Positions 50,518 to 62,801 of a DNA stretch of 64,000 nt are shown here, in pieces; position 1 is the first letter of the stretch, and the number at the start of each line of letters is the position of its first letter. Origin of the DNA: Phoronis australis (taxonomy: Eukaryota > Animalia > Phoronida); contig NMRA01000055.1 in NCBI GenBank assembly GCA_002633005.1, forward strand, positions 1 through 64,000, written 5' to 3'. The notes under the pieces were generated by a model, which searched no databases, was not told where the DNA came from, and saw only the letters and a list, made by a program, of their open reading frames with translations. The translations under genes and the position numbers were made by a program.

Positions 50518-52719
50518 GTATGTTACTTCATTAAATGTTTTGATATTTCAATGTCCTTGTTTGCAATTACATAGTTTATGCACAACCCTTGATTTTCTAT
50601 TACTAAAAATTGTATTTCATAAGTTTTAAATGTTTATAGCATTGCTGTGAATGTACAGGAGAATTTATTCTGAAAGTTCGTTTTGTTGGTGAACTTTGAA
50701 GGGTTATACACTTGGGCGATTAGTCAGCTTGTTTCAGGGTTGACCTATTATACTGCAAAAATTGACCATGGCTGGCTACACACTTGTCAGACTCATTAGA
50801 CGAGTTAGTGATGACAAACTCTTGTGACCAAATGGAAGGTACTTTAAATGCAGGTTTTAGTACGTGGTCAAAAAGAATTCATGAAAAATGCTATTAAATC
50901 TGAGTGCCCTAAATCACCATCCAATGTTGTTTTCCAAATACATTTTTGACATAGCCTCTGTTTGACAAAATGGAAAGGCTTGATGAAGTTGCAGATTTCT
51001 TCAGTTAGAGTCAAGGTAAATGGTATTGTCTGTTGGTAGAACTAGAAAGTAATGAGGAAAATAAATTTGTATTGTCTGGGGTGCACAAAATGAGAGCTAG
51101 GAATGCTTTGTTAAATAATTGCACCTACATGACTTGTCTGGACCTGTTGTGTATTAATGGTTCACAGAGTCTTACTCTAGTATTGTTATGGTGTATTGTT
51201 AAATTTCTGTTTTATAGTATCTGTAAGTCTTGGGGTTCACATTGCCCTCGGTGAAGCTTAATGTGCTAGTTAGATAATATAACACTTAAAGTAATATTAC
51301 TAGTTCTCAGCACCTTGAACTTAAATACTTTGTTTCTACCTGTATGCTTGCCACATAACTTTGCAAACACGCCAATAGATGTCTCTTGCTATGGTTAAGG
51401 GTTTATATGCACCAGTCTCCATGTTTGGCATTTTGTTATGTTGTTCTCATACTTAAACCTTAATTTGTGACACTGCATTGCAATCATGAGTTGAAGTTCC
51501 AAAAACAACAAAGTACATAAAAGTAATTGACTTTCTTCACAGTGTATTGGTAATAATCGGATATAATGTGCCCTCATTTTGAGATCAAGTGTTCTCCACT
51601 AAATTACGCTCATTAGCTGGTTCTCAAAATATAGGCACATTATAACAAACTATTGCCAGCTTATTAGTGCAAATGATCCGCGTTTCACCAAAACATTTTT
51701 TCAAAAGTGAATATCATGGTTGTGTTATTAGAAAAGGATGCTTGAATTTTCTCTTTAGATTTGAAAATTAATTCCTTGTTTCTTATTTTTACCTCAATCT
51801 TTTATTTGACAGGTGTTCTTTGTTAATTCTAAATGTCACTGGAAGTTGGGTGCCTATTGTGGCTCTATGGCAACTTAAAGGTTGCTCAGGTATTGATTTG
51901 AAATGAGGTTAATACCGCCAGTTTGGTCACACTGCTTTTTACCGGCACGAAATATAGTTACTAGACAGTTTTTCATAAGTTAAACATTTGTATTATATCC
52001 TCAACAATTGTTGTGTTGATGCATTAAATTCCCACACAGATCTAATTCAAGGTGAAATGACAATGTTAGCAGGGGCAATAAACTCCCATTTTACATGACC
52101 TATATTTGATGTGCTCCCCAATTCAAATTTCACTGCATTTTGTGTGTATTAAAAGCACTCAGGTAAGTGTACACAATCAAGTCAAATCGCCCAATTATGT
52201 TACCCTGGCAGGTTACTTAATAAAGATTGGGACTTGTCAACATATGAACACCAGTTGCAGTGTGTGACATTTCTCTTTTATTCTGTTTTGGCTAACAGAT
52301 TATTGGCATTCAAACAGAAAAGTTCAATTTTCTATGGCATAATTTAGTTTTATAATCCGTATTTTGTAAAATGGTTGGAAAAGATGTTGCCACTGTCAGA
52401 CAACAGTAATTATTGCAGATAATCGTATCGGTTCCCTAATCCCCAAACATAAGATACCCATCATAACAGTCCACACCCTTTGGTGAGTGGCTGATGGTAA
52501 TCACAAGTGGTAGAAACATTCATAGTTGATAGTTGGGAAATGATATGTAGCATCAAATGAACTTATATTGAAGAACTAAATGAAGGGTTCCACAAAAATA
52601 TGGTCTAAACCAATCCTGGTTACCAAAGATGGTGTTGATGGAGGATTTATACACAAAAAATATCATCCTGGTTGGAATTATTTTACCAGACGTGTTTACA
52701 GATGTGCCGGTAATCATTT

Positions 52720-53378
52720 ACATCTGGTCAAATATAGCGGAAATATCAGCCATGCACATGCGCACCTCGATTTCGGGACAAAAACATTTTGTCCTTTAGA
52801 GGGCGCATTATAAGACCAATTGCTTTGAAATTTTTGTTGTGTTAGTTTCCTGTAGCTACCTGTTATCGAGTGCTGCTGAACCGGAAGTTGCTTTCAAAAT
52901 GGCGGATCTGACTCATTTTCATTAATTTTCAATTGTGCTGGGATGCCATTTTGAAAGAAAACAGGAAATGACGTGAATTTTGGAAGCATTTGGATACTTC
53001 AATTTAGGTGTACTCTTTCAAATGAACTCTAACAATTTTTTTTCTCAGATTTATCTGGTTTTCAGTTTCAAAAAATTGAAAATTTTGTGAATTTTTTTGA
53101 AACTACTCTGTTAGAGTTTTGAAGGTGCTTTCAGAAAGTGTTTTCCATTTTTCACGATCACGTCTCTTTCGAAGTATTCGAGCTTTTCTAATGATGCCTA
53201 ATTTTTGCTGCACTTTTGTTGGTTTACCTTCTATTTGCACAACACTATATATCTTACTCATTTCTGACATCTTCATTCGTCATATGATACTTATCGTCAT
53301 GTTTATCATAACCACCATCATAACCATTGTCATCTTTTCCATCAATTTTACCAAGTGTCGCTCTGAGCACTTTCATTA
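52720..53378 (+). mobile_element. Diverged HINE family A copy
   Basis: Reverse complement of ~720-1600 (CATGCGCACCTCGATTT, AGAGGGCGC, CCGGAAGTTGC, CAT-repeat tract, 3' AATTTTACCAAGTGTCGCTCTGAGCACTTTCATT). Confidence 0.65.
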
Positions 53379-54626
53379 ACTTGATGAAATAGGATTTCGT
53401 CAAGTACGACCTTGTTTTCTCTAATAGTTCATACACTCTATTTGTTCATACATGGCATTTGAAATATGGCATTTGTTTCCAATAGTTCATACAGTAAATA
53501 AACGGAATCACAAATGTAACCTGCAAGTCATAAAAATCACGACATGTCTACACTTGAGAGGTGCGTCATTTTTGCGATGCTAATTTGATGCGATCACTTG
53601 TAAGCGGTCCAATGCTGTTTTGGCTGAACCAAGCAATTTGGATTTTCAAGCATTCTGAAATCATTAAGCCAATTTTCAAGGATAATCGACTACTAAACTA
53701 TTAACAAGCTCCAACAGTGTTGCCTTACAGAGTACGTGAAAGTCTGTGTTGTTTTTGTGCAATCAGCCAGGTTAAAAGGCTATCCTGCCACAAGCTGTCC
53801 AAATGGTCCTTGCGCAGAACAGATTTGGTCAAGTATACTGACGCTTTTGTGTTTAATGTATTCATTGAGAATAGTGGTGTTCATTGGCTGAAATTGCTAG
53901 TGTCGGATGAAAAAATAAAAGAACACAGGCTTCACTTGATGACGTGGGTTAATTGACGATTCTCTACGAAGTCTCAGTTGAGAGTGCTCGCTACCGCCGT
54001 GTCAGTCTCAAAGGCACGAGCCAGTCAATCAAATAACCGCAAAGGCATGGCCCATTACCAACTATTAGCTCAGTACTTCATTTAAAAAATGCCAATCATT
54101 TTAAATGGGGATGTGTGTAGTTGACCCGATATGTGTGATAGTTGGAATGAAATATGTTTGAGTTAAACAGACAGTGAATGTGACTGAGTATAATAGAATA
54201 TTCTTTATTTAGCACTGGGACACATAATCATCGCTAAGTCAAGTCTTTTCCAACGACTGTATGTTGCTCGTGGTCTTTCATCAAACAGAAACGTGTGTCA
54301 ATCATTTTGTTTTATTGTATCTGGCATCAAATCGACAGTAAATTGAAGAATATCTATAAACTGCCTGCAACAAAACTACCGGTTGTCCTCCTTCCAAATT
54401 AAAATTTGGGACCAATGAGTAAACCGGAAGGTTTAAAAATTTTCATCTGTTAAGCTTCGTATAAAGGGATAGTTACTCAACTCGCGATTTCTATAAATGG
54501 CCCTTTTATGTTTTCTAGAACCATTTTCACATCTGAAAAAGATGCGCTTTTCTGCGATTTTGAGAACGTTAGTATGATACTTGTGACGAGGGGCCGGGGA
54601 ACTATTGTTAATGGGGGGTGATTGGG

Positions 54627-54763
54627 TGAATGCACATTGGGTGGCAGTACAAATGTCAGTGAATGCACATTGGGTGGCAGTACAAATGTCAGTGAATGCA
54701 CACTGGGTGGCAGTACAAATGTCAGTGAATGCACACTGGGTGGCAGTACAAATGTCAGTGAAT
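54627..54763 (+). repeat. 33-bp minisatellite, ~4 copies
   Basis: GTGAATGCACA(T/C)TGGGTGGCAGTACAAATGTCA tandem. Confidence 0.9.
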
Positions 54764-54864
54764 ACCTAAAAGAGGAACTGTGTCTTTAAACAGACCGCCA
54801 CCAGTCCAGATGTTACGGTGACTGATGTTCATGGGGAGTCGGGGAGAGGTACAACTACCAGTAT

Positions 54865-55170
54865 TATTAAAATCTCTTGGTCTATTTTATCACCGACCTC
54901 TTGTCTATTTACGTTGTCACTACGTTTCAGTCGGACTATTCTCTGGCCATGGTCATGTGGTCCTGCATTCTTAGAAGAATGAGCACAGATATGTGGATCC
55001 TTCCTTGGATGATATATAATCAAAAAATCACATGATGAGTGTACCACATATCCGTGCTCGTTCTCTGAACGCAGGGGCACGTGACGAGGGATGGAGAATA
55101 GACCGACCGAAACGTCGTGACAGTGTAAATAGACAAGAGGTAGGTGTAAATAGACCAAGAGATTTTAATA
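54865..55170. mobile_element. MITE with long (~80-bp) TIRs
   Basis: TATTAAAATCTCTTGGTCTATTT...CCTCTTGTCTATTTAC... inverted to ...GTAAATAGACAAGAGG...AAATAGACCAAGAGATTTTAATA. Confidence 0.75.
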
Positions 55171-55374
55171 TTAGTTGTAACATGTCACCACCTGAGAGCG
55201 GTTTTTGAAAGTCGGGGAGAGGTGTAATCCACTGTTGGGGTTTGTCCTGCTGTTATTGTATTGAAATGCACAGACTTGTTGAGTCTCAAATATGAGTGAT
55301 CGTAGACTTCATAAAGAGGAACTGGTTCTTTAAAGTGACTGTAAAGTGACGGTTTTTGTATGTCTTCAATTGAA

Positions 55375-55540
55375 CAAGTCTTTATTTCTTATATCTTCAT
55401 TCGTCATATGATAGTTATCGTATTTATCATCGCCATCATAATCATTGTCATCATCGTTGTCATCATTGTCATCATCATTTCCATTGTCACCTTTTCAGTT
55501 AATTTCACCACGTGTCGCTCCTCTAAGTGGTTTCATTTGT
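55375..55540 (+). mobile_element. HINE family A 3' fragment
   Basis: TCTTCATTCGTCATATGAT, (CAT)n tract and AATTTCACCACGTGTCGCTCC match 53270-53378. Confidence 0.6.
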
Positions 55541-56944
55541 TGAATGAACTTGTAAGTGGTATTATATAATAGTGTGTTTTAGTAAATATAGTTGGTCAGC
55601 TTACAACATTGTGACTCATTTGTTAGTGACGGTTTCTGACAGGAAATCAATTTATTCATCCACGTGGTTACATAAATTTTACTTTACAGTTATTGCATTG
55701 CTCTAGAATTCCATAGAATAGTCATTTGTTGTGCTTTAGAAATTACAACATATTAGTTGTGATTACACAGGGGTAATAATAGAAAGAGGTAAGGACTTGA
55801 TGAAAGTCTCTACTGACATTTAGATGATAATGCAGTGTTTCAATTAATAAATGGTTAAGTGATTGTTGAAATATAAATGAGATCTTAAATTGCTCAAAAC
55901 TACAATTTACCTTGTTTTTACAATGGTTACACTGTCAGCGTCATTATACCTTCCTTGAGTTTATATCATTGCATATCGCAATTGTGAAGTAATTCAATAT
56001 TCCAAAAACAAGAAAATAGGAGGAAAGAGAATTTAGCTGAAAGTTTCGTAGCTCTAAGGACATGGGTGTGCCGTATGAACTCACCCGGTGCCAGTGTATC
56101 ATGTCCCCCTAGATGCAAGTTCCTTGGACAAACCTGTGCCGTATCCGCACTTCTCTGAATGTAAAAATAGTCGCAGGTTTTACAACCACAGCTGGTGAGC
56201 TTCCCCATTCTTTGTTACACCATAATATCTGATGACTTATCACACTGAACACAATAGAGGATGACTTATGCTATACTTGGTTTACCTAGCATGTATCAAC
56301 CAATATTTTTTTCTTGATAAATATTTTATTTCTCAAAAGAAAGCAAATAACAGGAAATGCTAAGTAATAACTATCTAGTAATGGAAAAGGTACAGCATTC
56401 ACACACCATTCATACACAAACGTATTCTTAATGAACAAGTTGCTTTCCAAATTATACATGTGCGGTTTACAGAGGGCCTCCCAAAATGTGAAATGAATGA
56501 TTGTGACTCAAGGTCAGCTAATTAACATATTATCAGTGACTGTTGGTAGGTGTTCTAATTTGACAGCTGATCGACTGCTAGGGTTGTTTTTTGATGTTAC
56601 AAATACAGAATGGGTGGTTTTAAACAATTTTAAGCAACTGAAAAAAGTTGTCATAAATTCTTTTTGGTGTCGTTTTATATCTCTTTGACAAATCTTGTCG
56701 CAGTTACTGGTTTAACGCACTTTGTTACTGGATTCTTATATACATTTCTAAAACTGCCATTATTAATTACTTAAAAAGTCACTTGGCTGGATATTGTTTT
56801 TGAGGGACTTTATATGTCATCTTTATCTCAGTTTATTGTTGTTATTATTATTGTCGGAACGATTGTTTTTATTATCGTTACAATTATTATGATAATGTCT
56901 CATTGCAAAGTCTTGGTGAAGCTGGACACTTTTTCTCACTACAG

Positions 56945-57060
56945 GCTGCCTCATGGTCCTGGGCTGGATTCTCTGTGCCAGTATAGGCATCCTGATGGCG
57001 CGCTACATGAAACCCATGTGGGTCAATGGTACCCTCTGCGGGGAAAAAGTTTGGTTTGCG
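56945..57060 (+). CDS. FRRS1: FRRS1 coding exon 9 (cytochrome b561 TM1)
   Basis: TACAG acceptor; GCLMVLGWILCASIGILMARYMKPMWVNGTLCGEKVWFA; donor GTATGT. Confidence 0.95.
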
Positions 57061-58417
57061 GTATGTTTTCTGTGAGTTATAGTTATGGGAGTTACTTTCA
57101 TTAATAAGAAAGAGCAGTGGATCTAATAGTAGTGTGAGGCTACTTCCTAACATTATACGCATAAACTAACTATGTCTTCGTCACAAACTGGTTGGTAGTC
57201 CAATTTTCCAACAGTATTTTTAACAGCTGATGTCTGAGTGAAATGAATTACAGCTAATCTCTGGCATGTTTACGAATTAAGGTTATGCAGGACCTTATTG
57301 ACAAGTCTAATGTACATGTAGCATGCATCTAAAAACTGTAGATTTTAACTGAGTAAACTGTATATTTTCTGAAAGTAGAAATTCCGTAGAATTTAATTGT
57401 TCACTTTATATCAGTCTGCCACTAATTAGGTCATGTGACCTTCCTTTTTATTATGCGCTCACATATTTATATGTGGACGCATTATGCCGTCATTTCCGTC
57501 CGTCCGTCCGGGCGGCGTCCATCCGGCGTCCGCTGCTTTATCTCCAAAACCCTTCGACATACGTTCATGAAATTTGGCACATATGTTCCATTCATGAATG
57601 GGACGGCATATGCGAACTTTCGGACGGATCCGACTACCGGTGTGTCCCCTAGTGGCAATTTTAGTTTTTTACGCTTACCTCTGTATCTTCAAAAGTCCTG
57701 AACGGATTTTCATGAAATTTGGTATGTAGGCATCTATTAGTGAGATGACGCTATCCTCCCGTTTTCAGATGGATTCGACATAGTTTGCGCCACCTAGTGG
57801 CCATTTTTAGTGTTTTCGAGTTTTTGTGCGTCCACCTCTCTATCAACCAAACCGCTCGAAGGATGATTGTGAAAATTGGCATGTATATGCTTACTATGTA
57901 GAGGACGGTTGACGATGATTTTCAGATGATTTGGACTACTGTGGCGCCTCCTAGTGGCAGTTTTTTTTTTTGCGCCTATGGCTGTTTCTCCTAAACCGTT
58001 CGCAGGATCTTTACGAAATTTAATAAGTGTATTTATATTATGTTAACAACAGACGATGACGACTTTTGGACGGATCCGCCTACCAGTGTGCCCCCTAGTG
58101 GCAATTTTATTTGTTTACGTTTACCTCTGTATCTTCACAAGTCCTTAACGGATTATCATGAAATTTGGTATGTAGGCACCTATTACTGCGATGACGCTAT
58201 CCTTTCATTTTCGGATAGATTCGACCTAGTTTGCGACACCCAGTGGCCATTTTTACTGTTTTTGAGTCTGTTTTTGGCGTCCACCCCTCTATCAACCAAA
58301 CCGCTATAAGTATGATTGTGAAAATTGGCATGTATGTTCTTACTATGAAGAGGACGGTTGACGCTGAATTTCCCATGACTTTGATTACTGTGGCGCCTCC
58401 TAGTGGCAGTTTTTTTT

Positions 58418-58743
58418 NNNNNNNNNNNNNNNNNNNNNNNNNNNNNNNNNNNNNNNNNNNNNNNNNNNNNNNNNNNNNNNNNNNNNNNNNNNNNNNNNNN
58501 NNNNNNNNNNNNNNNNNNNNNNNNNNNNNNNNNNNNNNNNNNNNNNNNNNNNNNNNNNNNNNNNNNNNNNNNNNNNNNNNNNNNNNNNNNNNNNNNNNNN
58601 NNNNNNNNNNNNNNNNNNNNNNNNNNNNNNNNNNNNNNNNNNNNNNNNNNNNNNNNNNNNNNNNNNNNNNNNNNNNNNNNNNNNNNNNNNNNNNNNNNNN
58701 NNNNNNNNNNNNNNNNNNNNNNNNNNNNNNNNNNNNNNNNNNN
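58418..58743. other. Assembly gap
   Basis: Run of N. Confidence 1.
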
Positions 58744-58744
58744 N

Positions 58745-58928
58745 CACAGTCAGACTATGTGAAAAGAAATTGGCGGGAAGCGCTTGCCTCCTAAAACGTC
58801 ACTTCCGGAAAAGCGGACGAATAATTAATAAAATTACGAAAAGCTGTAATTAAGTGAAAAATATGTCTAGGATAACCAACCAACCTTATTTTAGCTAAAA
58901 ATGACATGGAAAAAGATTGCCTTCGCCT
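58745..58928 (-). mobile_element. Kolobok-type terminus inserted at TTAA in HINE B
   Basis: Matches 653-714 plus 1882-1978; ends CCTTCGCCT|TTAA, then HINE B resumes (empty TTAA site at 8442-8445). Confidence 0.75.
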
Positions 58929-59885
58929 TTAAGCAACTGATGTATAGGATTTGCTTGTATTATGAAGATCACTCACATTTTGCCCCTAGCCTATTGAGGA
59001 GACAATGACCATGCCTTTCCATTTTGCAAAGTACAACATACTACATATATGCCCTCTACTGGCCACTTTTTGGTACCAATAAACAACCCTAGAAGGATAC
59101 CATATGCGGTGCAATTGTGGGTGCATTTCAACGCTCTGCGTTGCTCTTGTGAAAAGTTAGCAAACAAGATGGGTACATTCATACCAAAATAACACAACCA
59201 AATTTCTTATGATAAAATAAAATTTTTAAGGTAAAATCTCAAAATGTTACTTTTCCAAGTTATCGTTTTGTTTTCATTTCATGCAACTTTATTTTTTTCA
59301 TAAAATTCATATCAATCCTGGTTTTGATATCCTCTCAGGCAAAAGTATAACATATTAAAACCAATTACTAACAGCTTAGTAGAAAACAGTGGATAAAGTT
59401 TCATGTCAATTTGATCACACCCATTTCTGAGATACAATGTTCTGAAGTTGGCCAAAATGGGACATTTTTCTAAGTCCCTATAAATTATTAATGGTTCTCT
59501 TGTACAGATCACTAAATATTGTGACACACTGGTGACAAGCTACATGTGTTTTCTGTATCTCAGTTTTCTTCGAATTCTAAATTTACTTTGCATTTGTCGT
59601 GTATTTTTGAGGTCATGTGATATGGATTATTTTCAGGGTTACGTGAGAGGAGTTTGTTTTTAGCATGTGGCTTACCATATGAATGTTTCATCACTTTTTC
59701 ATTAATTTTTCTATAATTTTTTTCTCTGATTATACAAAATTCAATTATTAGTAAAACTTTGACAACTAGTATAGATAATGAAGATTAAAGATTCATTTGT
59801 CATGGGTTTTTTTCGCGAATTCAAGTGGGTTTGAATTTTCTTGTTTCAGTGACTTCTATCACATCTATTATGCTGTTTGTTGTAG

Positions 59886-59972
59886 GTGCACCGTGGTTTG
59901 ATGATCAGCGTGCTGTTGCTGTGCTGCATTGCCTTCATTGTGATATTTGTATCAGTACAGGGCTACTCTAAT
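59886..59972 (+). CDS. FRRS1: FRRS1 coding exon 10 (b561 TM2)
   Basis: TGTAG acceptor; VHRGLMISVLLLCCIAFIVIFVSVQGYSN; donor GTAAGT. Confidence 0.95.
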
Positions 59973-60130
59973 GTAAGTGATATTTGTATCAGTACAGGGC
60001 TACTCTAATGTAAGTGATATTTGTATCAGTTCAGGGCTACTCTAATTAAGAGATATTTGTATCAGTACAGGGCTACTCTAATGTAAGTGATATTTGTATC
60101 AGTACAGGGCTACTCTAATGTGATATTTGT
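59940..60130 (+). repeat. 37-bp minisatellite built from the exon 10 end and its splice donor
   Basis: GTGATATTTGTATCAGTACAGGGCTACTCTAATGTAA x ~5. Confidence 0.95.
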
Positions 60131-61804
60131 GGTTTTTTGCTGCATTATATATAATGGAAGCACAGCATCTCACACCTGGTGATAATTCATTATTCTGGAC
60201 TGTTAAGAGTTTAACTCTTTGTAAACACATTTAGCATCTTTTGTGTTTAATGACTGGTGGTTTGTCATTGTAATTTGAGATGATGTGCTCAGCTCAGGTG
60301 TTTGTTCTCGTTATTACTGCTAGAGGTAGTTTGTACTGGACTGGTATTAAAAGGTGGTTAATTAGCCAGAGATAGACTGTACCCCTGCTATGCATATAAT
60401 GAGTAACACTGATCTTGAGCAGAGGTCAAGGTCGCAGATTTAAACTATTGCCATGATAGGGATCTGTGTTTGTTTAATTTTCCATCACTTCTGATTTGAT
60501 GGGGTTTTGAAGTAAGCTACATGACTGTATTCAATTGTGCATGGAATTAAATATTCATGGAAACCTCACTGTCATAAAAGGCTGTTTATGTATTCAATTG
60601 GTTGATAAACTAAGAGGTGGTGCATTATTAGTTGTGCCAGCTGAACTAGTTGCTTGGAAACGAGGTCAAAGTGTGGAGTAACTCCTAGCTCTTGCACAAT
60701 GCCAGAAATATTTCATAGATGGCGCTACGATTAGTTGGATTACTTGAGATTTAGTTAAAAGCAGTTGGACTGAATGTGAGGTGAGGGGAGCGTAATGATC
60801 TCTGTGTCTTAAAGCGCTGAACATGTTCGTTGGAAAGGCAGTCAAATTAACTTATATCCTCTAAACTTTTCTGTGTTAAACATGCCTTTGTCATAGAAAT
60901 GAGATTGTAAGGTCTTCCAACGGAACACTGCATTGCAACTGAGAGGGTTGCAGGTTCAATTCCGTGCTTAGGCTAATCTCAGGAAATCACTTTCTCAATT
61001 GTTGTTGTCCCTTCAAAACCTTGCTCTCTACTAACTTGATGTGCCATGACAAGTCACATGTAGAGCCTGACCTCAAGCTAATATGAATTGTCAATTCTTT
61101 CAAAGCAACTGAAATCACATGCAATTTGACCAAAAAATATGAGTCAGTTTCATAGCAGTGAGTGGTTTAATTTTTGTGATGGGCACGTTCATTATAGTTG
61201 CTTTAAGTTGTTGTATTTATAACCTAACTGCTAAGCTAAAAAATAATCACTGAGAAAAAATAAACCCTGGGTTACGTGCATAACCCATATGATTGCAATA
61301 AGTGAATTAATCAAGTCATGAACATGCCCTTTAAACCAGATTCCATCATCACATTATTCTCATTCTTTCAGGCCCAGCTTCTATTGTGAGTTAGTGATGT
61401 TGTATAATTAGCTGATAAGCCATGCTGGCAACTAATTTTCAATGAATAGCTCAAGGCTTGGTTTTCTTTTGTTGACAATATCTAAATTATTTGACCATTA
61501 CTCTGAAAATTCAAGAACCCTCATTGTCTAATTTTTACTCTTCTATTCAAATTTTGTGGTTGATATTGGTTTTTGTGTCCCAAAAAGAAAATAGCGGAAA
61601 AGTGCAGCGTGCAGGCTTTCAAGCCTGAGTAGCCGTATTTAGATATAATCTGATGAAATACAATAACTACCCTAACTACTGCGCTTGTCAACGATGGAGT
61701 CATGCCTTTAGTACTATCTACACACACAGACTTACCAAGAACAAGTTACTCCTGGAATGAGTTGTTGCTAGGTTCGAGCGTTTTCTGGATGCTATTTAAA
61801 CCTG

Positions 61805-61921
61805 TTGCAACTTGCCCTACTTGTGACAACTTGCCCTACTTGTGACAACTTGCCCCACTTGTGACAACTTGCCCCACTTGTGACAACTTACCCCACTTGT
61901 GACAACTTACCCCACTTGTGA
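61805..61921 (+). repeat. 19-bp minisatellite, ~6 copies
   Basis: ACAACTT(G/A)CCC(T/C)ACTTGTG tandem. Confidence 0.9.
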
Positions 61922-62732
61922 CTACATACTCCACCTGATCGAGGTGGGGTAACTTTTTCTAGAAGGGTAATTGTCACCACTTCTAACTGTTGTGTGGCTA
62001 CAAACCTGGAGCAAGGCAGAAGTAATTATAAGATCTGGTTACATACAGACAGGCATTTTTTGCGAACCGTTCTCGCATTAGGTGTTCATTGTCACACACA
62101 GTGCGACAACTTCTGCCTTACCCTAATTATCGGATACGTGTGTGTGAACGCTTCACTTAAAAGTGAATTAAGTTGCACTAGTGCAAGGTGTTCTAGGGTA
62201 GGCTGTGTGTGGACGGGACTTTTGACCAGCCCACTGGGGAGAATGGAATGTGGATAAAACTGGTTAGACTTACCAGGGAACATTGGAGAAATTTAGAAGA
62301 TTTCTCCAAATTTATCCTTATCTCCTTTAAAGGGGATGTTTACAGCATGATGAATTTGAAATAGAAATCAGAATCAAGAACAGCTGCAATAAAAAAGAAT
62401 TGCCAGGATCACAAAGATGACATGAAATGAAAGAGCAGTTTGCACAAATTGGCTTTACTTATAGTAACTGAAAGTAGAACATGGAACAAATTTATAAAGT
62501 TCTCAAATTTTAAGTCATCAAGGAAGCATTTGATATGGTAAGCAACACTGAACTGAAAGTGTAATAATTAATTTTAAAATTTCACCACAAGTGGACAGTG
62601 ACATTTTCAAGCTCTTCTCTCGGTCTTATTCCCTATAACATAGTAAAGCAGAGAAGATTTTGAGTTTTACCTCATTTGTCAAGTGAAATTCTATGTAAAT
62701 ATTGTTCTAACCACCAGTCCTTGTCTTTTCAG

Positions 62733-62801
62733 TTCTCCATCCTTCCTGACAAGGCGCATCCAATTCTTGGCATTATTGTCACTGCTCTATGTGTTATTAA
62801 T
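62733..62801 (+). CDS. FRRS1: FRRS1 coding exon 11 (b561 TM3); gene continues beyond the window
   Basis: TTTTCAG acceptor; FSILPDKAHPILGIIVTALCVIN; donor GTAAGT. Confidence 0.94.

Larger units (their letters stand above)
57451..59150 (+). mobile_element. HINE family B, second copy
   Basis: Same 5' palindrome and GTCC tract, internal ~450-bp tandem units, and 3' subTIR/hairpin as 6981-8649. Confidence 0.8.
57282..59560 (+). mobile_element. Old TTAA-flanked element split by nested insertions
   Basis: Outer pieces match 29163-29780 colinearly on either side of the HINE B insertion. Confidence 0.55.

Noticed and set aside
60925-60975. tRNA-like GGTTCAATTCC segment
   Set aside because: Only a B-box-like remnant; probably a SINE head, too short to call.
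61372-61385. Micro-exon candidate (TTTCAG|GCCCAGCTTCTATT|GTGAGT)
   Set aside because: 14 nt would frameshift between phase-0 exons 10 and 11; at most a poison exon, unsupported without reads.
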